Part shown: positions 11,147 through 21,546 of the stretch, one piece after another | How positions within the stretch are numbered: the first letter of the stretch is position 1 | Layout: every line of letters starts with the position of its first letter | Virus record (IMG/VR): IMGVR_UViG_3300047095_000535 | Span: 1 to 64,000 of that record | Source of the DNA: a virus | Direction: 5' to 3' (one strand) | Length of the DNA stretch: 64,000 nt | Position numbers and translations under genes: made by a program | Notes under the pieces: model-generated | Told to the model about the DNA's origin: nothing | The model's database searches: none | What the model saw: only the letters and a program-made list of their open reading frames with translations

Positions 11147-11284
11147 TTATTTAATAATAACGAGGTTATTCTCCGTAGATACTAATTTTTTCTCATCCGT
11201 TGCCAAGTGGACTGGGCTAGGGCGGGGCTTTTTTACCCAAAAAGCAAAAATCTTTGCTAAAATTGATTTTATTTTGGCAAGCAT
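11147..11284 (-). CDS. Small hypothetical protein (45 aa)
   Basis: Start moved to ATG 11284 (MLAKIKSILAKIFAFW), 5 nt after a minus-strand TAAATA (11290-11295). Confidence 0.45.
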   Translation of the reverse strand: MLAKIKSILAKIFAFWVKKPRPSPVHLATDEKKLVSTENNLVIIK

Positions 11285-11318
11285 ATTGATATTTAGGAAA
11301 AAAAAGTAAATAGCAACA
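11285..11318. promoter_or_regulatory. Back-to-back late-type TAAATA promoters
   Basis: TATTTA 11290-11295 and TAAATA 11307-11312, 5 and 6 nt from the divergent ATGs. Confidence 0.6.
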
Positions 11319-11531
11319 ATGAGCAAGAAGCTAGTAAGCAAACTGAAGGTTAAGGAAGACAAGTTGATGGACGCGATTTATGAGATACAGGAGTTGCTGG
11401 ACGCGACAGAAGACGCGGAATTGAGTTCGATGGGGAACGAATTTTGCGATGCGATGATTGACTTTATCTCCTCGAATGGTATAATGACCTTGAATGAAAT
11501 ACGAGAATTTATCGAAGAGCAACTTGAGTGA
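11319..11531 (+). CDS. Small acidic hypothetical protein
   Basis: 70-aa ORF with TAAATA 6 nt upstream. Confidence 0.6.
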   Translation: MSKKLVSKLKVKEDKLMDAIYEIQELLDATEDAELSSMGNEFCDAMIDFISSNGIMTLNEIREFIEEQLE

Positions 11532-12375
11532 GGATATCCTGATCCTAGGACAAGGGTATATAGGCACATTTTTACACCAGCAGTTATTACAGCGGGGACA
11601 TCATAATGTTTTTATTGTGGGGTCTAATAAACTAAACTATCACAACCCATCGGTTTTACGGACATTTTTATTAAATAACGGACTAGGTATAGTAATAAAC
11701 TGTTCGGGATTTACCGGGAGACCAAATGTTGACGAGGGGGAGCTGAAAAAGGAAGAATGTTGGAGACTCAACGTTCTTAGCCCTATTTCAGTAGCCAGAA
11801 CATGTAACGATTTACATGTGAAGTACTTTCATATTGGAAGTGGATGTATTTACGATGGGTATGATAAAGAGTTTACCGAAGAAGACGCTCCAAACTTCGG
11901 GCTTTTCGACCATAGCTCGTTCTATAGTAAGAGTAAACACGCTTTTGAGCTACATACCCGGGATTTAAATGTCAAGGTCATTAGAATTAGGATGCCTATT
12001 TGTAATGATCTAGGAAATCCTAGAAATTATCTACATAAGATATTAAATTATAAAAAACTCATAAATTGTATAAACTCCAAGACTTATCTTCCAGATTTGG
12101 CAGGGTTCTTGTCGAGTTATATAGAGAACAACACTGAGTGGTGGACTAGGCAGGATATATATAATGTGGTCAACCCCGACCCGCTTTCCACTAAAGACGT
12201 GTTGGAGATTGTAAATCCATCGTGGTTGGATTCGGGGGTGGAATGGGTAAACATTAAAGAACTATCTCTCGCTGCTCCTCGTAGCAATTGTGTTTTAGAC
12301 TCGTCAAAAGCTTGTAGATGGTATCCTTTACAAACGGAGAGTGAGATTCTACAGGAAGTCGTGTGGAAACAATAA
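11494..12375 (+). CDS. NDP-4-keto-6-deoxyglucose 3,5-epimerase/4-reductase (NRS/ER-type, RmlD-like SDR)
   Basis: GQGYIG Rossmann motif plus TGRPNVD, GCIY, FYSKSK, RIRMPI, NPRNY and APRSN motifs of nucleotide-rhamnose synthase/epimerase-reductases. True start may be TTG 11524. Confidence 0.85.
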   Translation: MKYENLSKSNLSEDILILGQGYIGTFLHQQLLQRGHHNVFIVGSNKLNYHNPSVLRTFLLNNGLGIVINCSGFTGRPNVDEGELKKEECWRLNVLSPISVARTCNDLHVKYFHIGSGCIYDGYDKEFTEEDAPNFGLFDHSSFYSKSKHAFELHTRDLNVKVIRIRMPICNDLGNPRNYLHKILNYKKLINCINSKTYLPDLAGFLSSYIENNTEWWTRQDIYNVVNPDPLSTKDVLEIVNPSWLDSGVEWVNIKELSLAAPRSNCVLDSSKACRWYPLQTESEILQEVVWKQ

Positions 12376-12386
12376 GAAATAAGCAT

Positions 12387-13133
12387 ATGAAAAAAAACAT
12401 GAAAGGTATTATATTGGCGGGAGGGCGGGCAACCCGCTTGGATCAATTGACCAAGGTTATATCAAAGCAACTGTTGCCAGTGTACACTCAGCCAATGATA
12501 TATTACTCTATCAAGACTTTGATTGATATGGGTATAACGGATATTCTGATCATAGTGTCGTCAGATTTACAGTTACACCTGTTCAAGACCCAGCTAGGAG
12601 ACGGTGCTAGATATGGAGTGGAGTTTACCTACATCGTTCAGGACGCTCCGAGAGGAATTGCCGACGCATTTAGGGTCGGGGAGCTGTTTATTGGCAAGTC
12701 AGACGTTACTTTAATCTTAGGAGACAACGTTTTTCTCTTGAATAAGAGTCTTTCACCTACTCCAAACACCATTTACACGTATAAAGTTCGAAATCCATCG
12801 GCGTATGGGGTGGCGACTCTCAATGATTATGGGGAGTTGGCGGATATCGTTGAGAAGCCTAAAGAGTTTGTAAGCGACAATGCAGTTGTCGGTTTATATG
12901 TTTTCACCAATCAGGTTTTGGACTTCGTAAAGCTTTTAAATCCCTCCGAGCGGGGAGAATTGGAGATTACCGACCTGATTAAGCTCATGATGATGGAGGA
13001 TTACGTAGAGGTTGAGGAGATCGACGGGGTGTGGTTTGACTGTGGAACCCATGAAGACCTTTTGGAGTGCGCGGAGTACGTTCGGGCGCTTGCAAAACGG
13101 ACAACCCGTGCTATCTTCCTCTCAGAGATATGA
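12387..13133 (+). CDS. rmlA: Glucose-1-phosphate thymidylyltransferase
   Basis: MKGIILAGGRATRL...SKQLLPVY..PMIYY, EKP, PSERGELEITD, WFDCGT. Confidence 0.92.
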   Translation: MKKNMKGIILAGGRATRLDQLTKVISKQLLPVYTQPMIYYSIKTLIDMGITDILIIVSSDLQLHLFKTQLGDGARYGVEFTYIVQDAPRGIADAFRVGELFIGKSDVTLILGDNVFLLNKSLSPTPNTIYTYKVRNPSAYGVATLNDYGELADIVEKPKEFVSDNAVVGLYVFTNQVLDFVKLLNPSERGELEITDLIKLMMMEDYVEVEEIDGVWFDCGTHEDLLECAEYVRALAKRTTRAIFLSEI

Positions 13134-14053
13134 ACGACCGACTAAACTCAATCTGGGTAGAAAAATACCGTCCACAAACTCTTGAAGACTTATGTATTTC
13201 CGATGAAAATCGAAGTATTATAGAGTCTTTCAAGACAGAAATACCACATTTACTGCTAGTGGGGGGACCGGGAACCGGAAAAACCACTGTGGCGAGGATT
13301 TTAGTCCATGATGTGCTAAAATGTGACTATTTATACATCAACTCGTCTGACGAGAACGGCATCGACACAATCAGAAACAAGATTACGGGGTTTGTTCAGA
13401 CCAAAAGCTTCGATGGTAACATAAAAGTGGTCATATTGGATGAAGCGGACAATCTTACCAAGAATTTCCAAGACGGATTGAGAAATCTGATGGAGTCCTA
13501 TGCCCCATATGCTAGATTTATCCTAACAGGTAATTATAAGCATAAGATAAGCACTCCTTTACAGTCCAGATGTCAGTTTTTGGATATAAAACCTTCCCTT
13601 CAACAAGCGTTCAAAAGATGTGTACGTATTCTCACAGAAGAAGGCATAGTCACTACTGTCGATCAGAAAAGACAGTTGGCAGCGTTGATTAAATCGTATT
13701 ATCCCGATCTTCGGAAGTGTATAAACGAGATGCAGAAGTTTTGTATCGAGGGGGAGTTGGTTATTACCCAATCCATCAATAACAACGAGTTATGCGTCAA
13801 GATTTATGATGAAATAGCGTCTCATAATACTCTAGACCTTCGAAAGTATCTAATACAGAACGAAGAGGCGTTTAATTCCGATTGGGAGCAGTTGTTGGTC
13901 GATTTTCTGAATTATATATACGATCTACCTCTAAACGAGCTAAAGAAAAAGGCTATGATACTCACCATAGCCGATCATCTTGAAAAATGCTCCCGAGTCA
14001 ACGACAAGGAGATCAATTTCTTTGCGTGTGTCTTAAATCTGGAGAATATTTAA
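13130..14053 (+). CDS. Sliding-clamp loader large subunit (T4 gp44/RFC-like AAA+)
   Basis: WVEKYRPQ, Walker A GPGTGKTT, Walker B ILDEAD, LQSRC sensor; ATG 13130 overlaps the rmlA stop (ATGA). Confidence 0.92.
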   Translation: MNDRLNSIWVEKYRPQTLEDLCISDENRSIIESFKTEIPHLLLVGGPGTGKTTVARILVHDVLKCDYLYINSSDENGIDTIRNKITGFVQTKSFDGNIKVVILDEADNLTKNFQDGLRNLMESYAPYARFILTGNYKHKISTPLQSRCQFLDIKPSLQQAFKRCVRILTEEGIVTTVDQKRQLAALIKSYYPDLRKCINEMQKFCIEGELVITQSINNNELCVKIYDEIASHNTLDLRKYLIQNEEAFNSDWEQLLVDFLNYIYDLPLNELKKKAMILTIADHLEKCSRVNDKEINFFACVLNLENI

Positions 14054-14604
14054 GCGTCTTCTAGGGTTTCGTATAATAGTGCGATGTTCGCACTGTCACG
14101 GGTAGCCCGAACGGACTCCCCTGCTAGCCTAATGTTGGTAGGGGTGTTTTTACCGTCTCCTTTATCAGTTACACGGGTGATATTCTGCATATCCGCTTTC
14201 CATTCTTCTGCTTTGAAGTTGGTTTTGGGGTTCCAAACGATCCAATCGTCAGGTATTTTGACGTTTGGATCGTTGGTGTCTAGAATGTCGATCATTTCGG
14301 GTTTGACCGTGATCGGAGTGACCCCTCCATGACACGCTTTGACCGTAATAACAGCGTTGTCAGCGGTTTTATGTTGGTTTCCTGCGGAAGCACCTGATAA
14401 TCGGTCTCCCACTTGAACCACTCGGAGAGGAATGTTCCTATCATATAGGTCATCCAGTTCTTGCTGCATCATAGTAGGCATCGCATTGTAACAGTCACAG
14501 GACTTATAATTTTTGCGTAGTTTTACAATGTCTCCTTGCAAATACCCTCCAATTACGTACCTTGATAATACCGTTTCATAAATCTTGTCGAATTTCGCTC
14601 CCAT
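14050..14604 (-). CDS. Hypothetical late protein
   Basis: Start moved to ATG 14604 (MGAKFDKIYE), 5 nt after a minus-strand TAAATA (14610-14615). Confidence 0.6.
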   Translation of the reverse strand: MGAKFDKIYETVLSRYVIGGYLQGDIVKLRKNYKSCDCYNAMPTMMQQELDDLYDRNIPLRVVQVGDRLSGASAGNQHKTADNAVITVKACHGGVTPITVKPEMIDILDTNDPNVKIPDDWIVWNPKTNFKAEEWKADMQNITRVTDKGDGKNTPTNIRLAGESVRATRDSANIALLYETLEDA

Positions 14605-14637
14605 GATTATATTTATCGTTTTAGGGTAAATATATCT
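14605..14637. promoter_or_regulatory. Back-to-back late-type TAAATA promoters
   Basis: TATTTA 14610-14615 and TAAATA 14627-14632, each 5 nt from a divergent ATG. Confidence 0.65.
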
Positions 14638-16278
14638 ATGAAGTTTTCCAGATTGGTTAAAATCGTGACTGAGGCTAAGGACGAAAAGCCCGGACAACGG
14701 TACTTTAGCGCACAAAATAGACAAGGACCAGCGGGGATGGTTTCCGGCCCTATCGGTAAGGTGGACAATTTTGAACTCCGCAAGAAGCTTAATAGATGGG
14801 AGTTCAACCCGGAAGTTGATATGGACAACAAGTCCAAATCAGGATTTCAGGAAGCATCCGCCATTTGGAACGCTATGACCAATGCGTTTGGTATTCTAGC
14901 CAATGATGACACTTTTCAAGCGGAAGCTTCCAAGATAGCGGACGAGTTTGATAAGAACCGGGATGCGTTTCGTCAGACTTTAGGTATAGGTGAGGATGAT
15001 ATTACTTCTTATGATGAGGAAGCCAAGTCCAATAGTCTACCAAACACGATCCAGAAGCAGGAAAGCAGGCTGGAAGGATTTGGAGATGAGATCCGAAAGG
15101 CGCAGAGAAGCATCAATCATGCCAATATGTCTCCCGGGGAGGTGTATAAACTGAAAAAGACCATCGCATCAATAAGAACGGATATAAAAAGTGATGAAGA
15201 GCAGTTAAAAAAGGAAACTAGATGGAAGCAGAAAAACCAACTGGAACAAAGCATAGACAATCAACATAAGAGACTGGCTAAGTTGGAAGGTATATATGAT
15301 GAGACGCAGTATAACGAAACTACCCTGAACTTTCTTAAGGCGCGTATCGTGGATAACCAAAAGAAGGTCTCCGACTTGACTAAAAAGGTGGAAGCGAATA
15401 AGGCCGAGTGGGAAGAACTAATCGCCAGAACTACCCAAATCGAGGAAAACAACCAGAAAAACAATGATTACGCTCTTGAGCAGTTCAAGCATCTTATAAC
15501 CTCCAGCGCGAGAAAGTTGGGGATGAAACTTCGTAACGAGTCTTCCAACAAGGAACGACTTAATGATCTTTCACAGGTGCAATGGGACACGTCATTGGCA
15601 TCCGCTGACACCAAAACAAAAATCGCCATGTTGGACTCATTGGCTAGCTCCGACCCTAACATCAATCCGGTGTTGGGGTATGTTGACAGATTTGCCAAGT
15701 CTTATTATGGAGATGAAGGCGAAGGAGGAGAAGCAATCCACGTCAAGGAACTGGATTCCCGCGAGTTTAACCCGCAACTTAATATATCAAAAACGCGAGA
15801 TTATAATAATCTTCCGTTTGTGAGACTTTTACGAATCTATAGTGCTATTCGCGAAGGAGCGAAGAACCCACAGATACCTCTTGTGGGGGTTGATATGAAT
15901 CAACACAATAAAGCATATGCGGCATTAAAAACCGCCCTTACAGAGGAAGCGAAAAGAAAACCCGTTGACCGTGAATGGGATGACCGCATCTTCAAGAGTG
16001 CGATGGTTATACATATCAAGGACTTGGCAATCCCCGATAAGGAGAAACAAGACTTATACGATTGGCTCAATAAGCCATGGTCTGTCAATAAGAGAGGGTT
16101 TACAATGCCCATGCAGTTGATGTCTCGTATAGACTCGTATTGTAAGGATGTTAAAAAGGCTCAAGAACTACAAGCGGAATCGTTTGATCGATACTACGAC
16201 AAGATTATACAGGGAATCCGGTATAATGAGGACGATTTTAAGCTGGATATGGTGGAAATCTTAACACGCTTTAAATAA
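14638..16278 (+). CDS. Coiled-coil late protein, candidate internal head protein
   Basis: 546 aa with a long K/E/Q heptad region; TAAATA 5 nt upstream. Confidence 0.55.
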   Translation: MKFSRLVKIVTEAKDEKPGQRYFSAQNRQGPAGMVSGPIGKVDNFELRKKLNRWEFNPEVDMDNKSKSGFQEASAIWNAMTNAFGILANDDTFQAEASKIADEFDKNRDAFRQTLGIGEDDITSYDEEAKSNSLPNTIQKQESRLEGFGDEIRKAQRSINHANMSPGEVYKLKKTIASIRTDIKSDEEQLKKETRWKQKNQLEQSIDNQHKRLAKLEGIYDETQYNETTLNFLKARIVDNQKKVSDLTKKVEANKAEWEELIARTTQIEENNQKNNDYALEQFKHLITSSARKLGMKLRNESSNKERLNDLSQVQWDTSLASADTKTKIAMLDSLASSDPNINPVLGYVDRFAKSYYGDEGEGGEAIHVKELDSREFNPQLNISKTRDYNNLPFVRLLRIYSAIREGAKNPQIPLVGVDMNQHNKAYAALKTALTEEAKRKPVDREWDDRIFKSAMVIHIKDLAIPDKEKQDLYDWLNKPWSVNKRGFTMPMQLMSRIDSYCKDVKKAQELQAESFDRYYDKIIQGIRYNEDDFKLDMVEILTRFK

Positions 16279-16283
16279 TATAG

Positions 16284-16769
16284 GTGAACATTAAAATAAA
16301 ATCTCTGGGGGTTGACAAACTGTCGGAAAAGTCTCTTGCCGGGGGATATCTATATAAGGATATCGCTCTCGACATGAACCCCGCTGTGTCTTTTAACAAT
16401 CAGTTGAACCGACATGAGTATTATAGGGATATTTCGGCCATATTCGACATCGAAGCGATTAAAAACAGCATCAAAAACGCTTTTTTAACGTCTCCGGGGC
16501 AGAAAATTCTGAATCCTACCTATGGGGTGGATCTACGGCAGTTTTTATTCGAACCCGTGTCGGACTTCATAGCGGATATCATAAAAGATGACATTCAGAA
16601 CAAGCTTCCGATCATGGAACCCCGGGTTGAGATTAAAAAAGTCCGAGTGGTGGAGGACGAAGATAACAACCAATACAATATATCGTTCCAGATAAATGTC
16701 CCCTCTTTGGATATAGTCGGGCTGTCTATTAAATCAGAACTCAATTCTACTGGTTATACGGTTATCTGA
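16284..16769 (+). CDS. Baseplate wedge subunit gp25-like
   Basis: AIKNSIKNAFLTSPGQKILNPTYGVDLRQFLFEP...EPRV signature. Confidence 0.9.
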   Translation: MNIKIKSLGVDKLSEKSLAGGYLYKDIALDMNPAVSFNNQLNRHEYYRDISAIFDIEAIKNSIKNAFLTSPGQKILNPTYGVDLRQFLFEPVSDFIADIIKDDIQNKLPIMEPRVEIKKVRVVEDEDNNQYNISFQINVPSLDIVGLSIKSELNSTGYTVI

Positions 16770-16784
16770 TTAAATAATTCGAGA

Positions 16785-18596
16785 ATGAGTAATGTTCCCG
16801 AATATAATCTGCCCCAAGATGCGTATGTGAATTTCGATGCCTTGTCGCTCAAGGCGTTCATGATCGATCAGTTAAACGCTTCGGGTAAGTTCACCGACCA
16901 GAACTATGAAGGTAGCAATATGTCGTCCGTGTTGGACATTTTGGCGTATTATACCCACGTTCTGATGTTCTATCTCAACCAAACATCTTCCGAGTCGATG
17001 TTTACTCAAGCGTCTATTTACGAGAACATGAATAAAATCGTGAAGTTGATGGGGTATAAGCCCACTGGGAAGCAAACTTCCCTTTCCCCGGTCAGCTGTA
17101 CGGCTTCAGATAAATTGGACCCTGCCAATTATGTTGTTCGTAAGTATAGCTACTTTTTAATAGATAACATTCAGTACACTTTTATAGACGACCAATCGTT
17201 TGATAAAACTCTGACAGGTTCCGAAGACATAGAGTCCATATCCAAGAACGCGATTCTCTATCAGGGTACAGTGGGCGAATACCCCATTTACACGGCGGAA
17301 GGTGTGGAGTATGAGACACTCCCGGTAGTGGTTGATAATCTGGTATCAGACAAGGATACGCGGTTCATTTCACATGGAACGATTACCGTGTATGTTAAGG
17401 AAATTGAAAGTGGACGCTGGTATGAATATGAAGAAGCGGATAGCTTGTTCTTACTGGAGTCTACCAGTCGTGCGTATGATATACGACTAAATGAGAATGG
17501 CCATTACGAGATAAAGTTCGGTAATGGTATTTTCGGACGCCAGTTGAACACGGGTGATGAAGTGGCCGTTTGTTACATCTATAGTGATGGACAAAAAGGA
17601 CAGATTAGTAAAAACGCGATAGATGGTAACAAGCTGTACATCTATAATAGCTCACAGTTTAATGAAATATACGCGGACATCAACTCCGACTCTACCGCTA
17701 CTCCGATATCAGATAGCAATAAGAGCTTCCTATATTTTAACAACCCTTCAAATTCTACGGTTATCAAAGACGCGGAGACGGTGGACCAAATACGTGAGAA
17801 TAGTCCCACCTTCCTATCCTCCCAGTTGAGACTGGTCACGGAGGCGGATTATGAAAGATTTTTAAAGAAAAGCATCCCGAATATATTGAATGACGTAAAA
17901 GTTGTAAATAATTCCACGTATATCAATGGATATATTGACTATTTTTATCAAATATGTGTTGACCCTAACAAGGTGAACCGTGTCATTTTAAATCAGGTAA
18001 ACTTCGCGGATTCATGTGACTTCAATAACGTGAATGTATTCTGTGTTCCGTCATTCTCGTTAGCTGCCGATGAAATGTACCCCGATTACATGAGTAATAG
18101 CTATATTACCCTGATAAAAACCCTTACGGATGATAAGAAAATGGTGAGTAACGAGGTAGTTCCAAGAGACCCTGTTTATATGGCGTTGGATTTCGGATTT
18201 ACTAATAAGACCGTCTCGAAAGAGATTTACAGCGACACCAAGTTAGTGGTAACTAGAGAGAAAAACGATAAAACGAACAAAGAGACCATAAAGACCAAGA
18301 TATTAGACATACTTCTAGGTGCGTTCGACTCTTCAGTGGTCAAGCTTGGACACACTATCAATACATCTACTCTGGCGTCTGAGATACTAAGCGTGGCTGG
18401 AATCAAAAGCATACGGACGGTAAACGAGGCGGAAGGCATCTTCTTTGAAGGTCTATCATTCGTTTGTTGGAACCCCATGTTTGAAGGAGTGGACGAAACC
18501 CTGATAAACCAGACAACTACGCTTCCATACTTCAAATACCCATACTTGTATAGACCAAACTCCTTAACCAAACGAATAGAAGTAATAGATGAGTAA
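16785..18596 (+). CDS. Baseplate wedge subunit gp6-like
   Basis: FTDQNYEGSNMSSVLDILAY, YEIKFGNGIFGR, ETVDQIR...RLVTEADY motifs. Confidence 0.9.
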   Translation: MSNVPEYNLPQDAYVNFDALSLKAFMIDQLNASGKFTDQNYEGSNMSSVLDILAYYTHVLMFYLNQTSSESMFTQASIYENMNKIVKLMGYKPTGKQTSLSPVSCTASDKLDPANYVVRKYSYFLIDNIQYTFIDDQSFDKTLTGSEDIESISKNAILYQGTVGEYPIYTAEGVEYETLPVVVDNLVSDKDTRFISHGTITVYVKEIESGRWYEYEEADSLFLLESTSRAYDIRLNENGHYEIKFGNGIFGRQLNTGDEVAVCYIYSDGQKGQISKNAIDGNKLYIYNSSQFNEIYADINSDSTATPISDSNKSFLYFNNPSNSTVIKDAETVDQIRENSPTFLSSQLRLVTEADYERFLKKSIPNILNDVKVVNNSTYINGYIDYFYQICVDPNKVNRVILNQVNFADSCDFNNVNVFCVPSFSLAADEMYPDYMSNSYITLIKTLTDDKKMVSNEVVPRDPVYMALDFGFTNKTVSKEIYSDTKLVVTREKNDKTNKETIKTKILDILLGAFDSSVVKLGHTINTSTLASEILSVAGIKSIRTVNEAEGIFFEGLSFVCWNPMFEGVDETLINQTTTLPYFKYPYLYRPNSLTKRIEVIDE

Positions 18597-20706
18597 CAGC
18601 ACGGCATATATCAATTTTAGCTCCCTTGATTACACTGGAGCTAACTCGTTGTCCACATATGCGTTGGATCTGACCCCGCTTACGTTTGTTCCCAACTTAT
18701 CCAGCACACAGCATTTAAAAGTGGTCTGGGACTTTGGGGATGGAACCATATCAAACTCTTTCTCAGCTTCTAAGATATATCAGTTTCCGGGTAAGTATTA
18801 TGTCAACTTGGTGGTGTATGATTGCAACAACAACGCCAAGATTTCAACCTTCGAGAAGGAGGTATACATACACGACTATACACCTTTTACATTTGAGGTA
18901 TTAAATCTTTCTGGAGCATATCCTACCGGGAGTATATTAGGCCCAATGGAGGTTAAGGCGTATTACCCCCCATACCAGACGGTCTCTCCAATATTTTTCT
19001 CGGTTTCCGGTAGCAAGGGGTATAATTACTGGAACCTTGATTCAAAGTTCCAGCACTTGGAAAACTTTTACTGTTTCTATGATTTAAATTATAACTATGC
19101 CATATCATCTTATCAATATAGGGAGATACCATCCATAGTGCCAAGTGTTGTCAACCTATACGCCAAGATCTCAAACAACAGCATAGTGAGGTGTTTGTCC
19201 ACAGACGCGAGTGCTAGTTTTATCGGATGTTCTGGGTATAAAGAGGTATACTTTAAAAACGATTTAACATCTTCCGATTTAAGATTCGATTTTTGGATGG
19301 ATAAGACGAAGAATCAGATATCATTATACGATAACCCGAATATCGATTATCTAAACAACCTCAAAGTTTCTTTATCTTCTGTTGGAATAGGTGCGACGAT
19401 ATCCAAGTTGTCAATTACTTCAAACGGTCTGGATGGGGAAGGGTATCCTATATCTGCTTTCAACATCCATCCAATTAAGTTCTTCAACACCAAGATTCCA
19501 TTTGTAGTCAAGCTTAAAGACCTTAATAATTTTTCAATCAAGCAGACGGGTCTTTCATGTAACCCATTGGAGTTATCGGCATTGAATATATCTTTATCTG
19601 TTATTGGGGATTTACAGTTAGTCGCGGAGGGGGGTCAGTATCTATTGACGGAAGCGGGAGAGTATATATATGCTTCGGGGTATACCATTCCTATGCTTAC
19701 CAGTCAATATAATATAGAGTCCCTGAACTATACTTTATCCGCTCAAAATCATGGCGGGGCGTTTAGGGGGTATGTTGAGTTTCCGTATGACGGAACAACC
19801 GATTTACTTCAGAACGTCATTATCGGCGTATCGTATACCGATGCTGTAGGTCCAAACATAGTTTATGGCCAGTCGAACCCTTTTAATGTATACTCGAAGA
19901 ACTACTACGATATATATAAGAAGAACGAGTCTTTCAACGCTTCTCAAACTCTCATGGACTTAAGGTTTCAAGAGACTTTACTAGATAAGACTATATTGTT
20001 TGAAGATTTTTTTGGAGCAGTTTTAGGGGATAGCGGGTACGACCATGAAACAGTAGGTACCAAGCTATATGAGAAAATATCCAACTTTGTTGCAAATACC
20101 CAAGACATCGACGATTGTGAGTATGAGTTTATTGATTCATTAGCACACTTCCTAGGCTATAACGAGGTTGGTGAAGAATCTTATAATTACCCGGAAAAGG
20201 TTAAGCGTATTATAAGTCTTGCGTCTGTCAATAAAAACAAGCTGCTAGGCGAGTATAACCGATTCAAGGAGAACCTAGATATCAGGGGACATACTTCTAA
20301 GGATCAATACGGGACCAACATCGGCAACCAGATCAACCCGTTCACCTACATAGTAGATAGGGACGTTCCCATTGTCGCGCTGGAGAAGTTTAGCAACACG
20401 TATACCCTTATAAACACTTATAAGTCTGACATGTCATTGTATCCATTGACAGATTACTCCATAGACTGGGGTTGGCCTCTGGTATTGCCCGATAATTTTA
20501 ACTTTTCGGACATTGAGAAGTATTATCTATTCTTTGAATACGTTCCGGGTTATGATAATACCGTGATTGGGGGCGTAGTGGATTTTGATAACACCAAGAC
20601 TACTATATCTAGAGGGTTGAACAACTCGGAGCTATTTGGGGCTGATGCGGTGTTTGAGAACATGTTCCTAGACACCTTATACCAGTCGTTGTCGCTTACC
20701 TCTTAA
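18589..20706 (+). CDS. PKD-domain baseplate protein (gp7 position)
   Basis: WDFGDGT...YQFPGKYYVNLVVYD PKD motif; follows gp6. Confidence 0.6.
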   Translation: MSNSTAYINFSSLDYTGANSLSTYALDLTPLTFVPNLSSTQHLKVVWDFGDGTISNSFSASKIYQFPGKYYVNLVVYDCNNNAKISTFEKEVYIHDYTPFTFEVLNLSGAYPTGSILGPMEVKAYYPPYQTVSPIFFSVSGSKGYNYWNLDSKFQHLENFYCFYDLNYNYAISSYQYREIPSIVPSVVNLYAKISNNSIVRCLSTDASASFIGCSGYKEVYFKNDLTSSDLRFDFWMDKTKNQISLYDNPNIDYLNNLKVSLSSVGIGATISKLSITSNGLDGEGYPISAFNIHPIKFFNTKIPFVVKLKDLNNFSIKQTGLSCNPLELSALNISLSVIGDLQLVAEGGQYLLTEAGEYIYASGYTIPMLTSQYNIESLNYTLSAQNHGGAFRGYVEFPYDGTTDLLQNVIIGVSYTDAVGPNIVYGQSNPFNVYSKNYYDIYKKNESFNASQTLMDLRFQETLLDKTILFEDFFGAVLGDSGYDHETVGTKLYEKISNFVANTQDIDDCEYEFIDSLAHFLGYNEVGEESYNYPEKVKRIISLASVNKNKLLGEYNRFKENLDIRGHTSKDQYGTNIGNQINPFTYIVDRDVPIVALEKFSNTYTLINTYKSDMSLYPLTDYSIDWGWPLVLPDNFNFSDIEKYYLFFEYVPGYDNTVIGGVVDFDNTKTTISRGLNNSELFGADAVFENMFLDTLYQSLSLTS

Positions 20707-21545
20707 TAGTAGGTTCCGTATACGTCCGTGTCGTTCTTCGACATGTCATACACTTCATCATGGCTTATAGTGTCCACGTCGTAGTCGTATACTTTCTCCG
20801 GACTGGAAAGCGATGGGAACTCCACAGAAGATAGCTTACCAGAGAACAGGTTATCATATACTTGGTCGTTACCAAGTTCTTGTGGCGCGTTGGTCTCAGA
20901 GGAAGTTTCGTAGCGCTTGGCGGTTATTTTCCATACATAATGCCCCATGAGAGGATTGATTCCCCCACTAACCTGTTGGTCGAGTACTTCAGTGATGCGG
21001 AATATCTTAGATCCACGTGTTCCGGGTCTGTCACAACCCAATGCGGTGATTTCCACTAGATCATCCGCTTTCGGTTCGATTCTTTGTCCATGGGAGGTAT
21101 GAAAGTTGTCCTCCGCTCCCACATAGTTACCATCCTCGGTGAGTATTACCAACTCAAGCTCGGTTACAAGATACTTTACAAATGCTTCTGTAAATGAGTC
21201 TATGGCTATATACATAACCAACTCGTCATCGGATTCCATGCCATATCGGGTCAAAGAGACGGATTCTTCCAGTTCTAACATCGCTCGTACTACGAACGGG
21301 GGCGAATACTCCTGTGTAGGGTGTTCCCCGTATAGGATGTTACACTGGTTGAGGTTAAATCCATGTACATAAAAGTTTACATCAACTCCGTAGTTATTGA
21401 TTTGTTCAATGAAAACGTGTTTAAAGACCAGTCGTTCAGCGGAGTATTTAGACGGGTCTGCGAACCCCCCGCAATTGGAATTGTATATCCCCGCGAATAG
21501 AACAGAGGGATTTAGACAGGATAGAGGTGTTACTGGACAGCCCAT
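20703..21545 (-). CDS. Neck protein gp14-like
   Basis: EQINNYGVDVNFY, LYGE, RYGMESDDELVMYI, PKADDLV, FRITEV, YVWKITAKRYE pattern. Confidence 0.8.
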   Translation of the reverse strand: MGCPVTPLSCLNPSVLFAGIYNSNCGGFADPSKYSAERLVFKHVFIEQINNYGVDVNFYVHGFNLNQCNILYGEHPTQEYSPPFVVRAMLELEESVSLTRYGMESDDELVMYIAIDSFTEAFVKYLVTELELVILTEDGNYVGAEDNFHTSHGQRIEPKADDLVEITALGCDRPGTRGSKIFRITEVLDQQVSGGINPLMGHYVWKITAKRYETSSETNAPQELGNDQVYDNLFSGKLSSVEFPSLSSPEKVYDYDVDTISHDEVYDMSKNDTDVYGTYY

Positions 21546-21546
21546 A

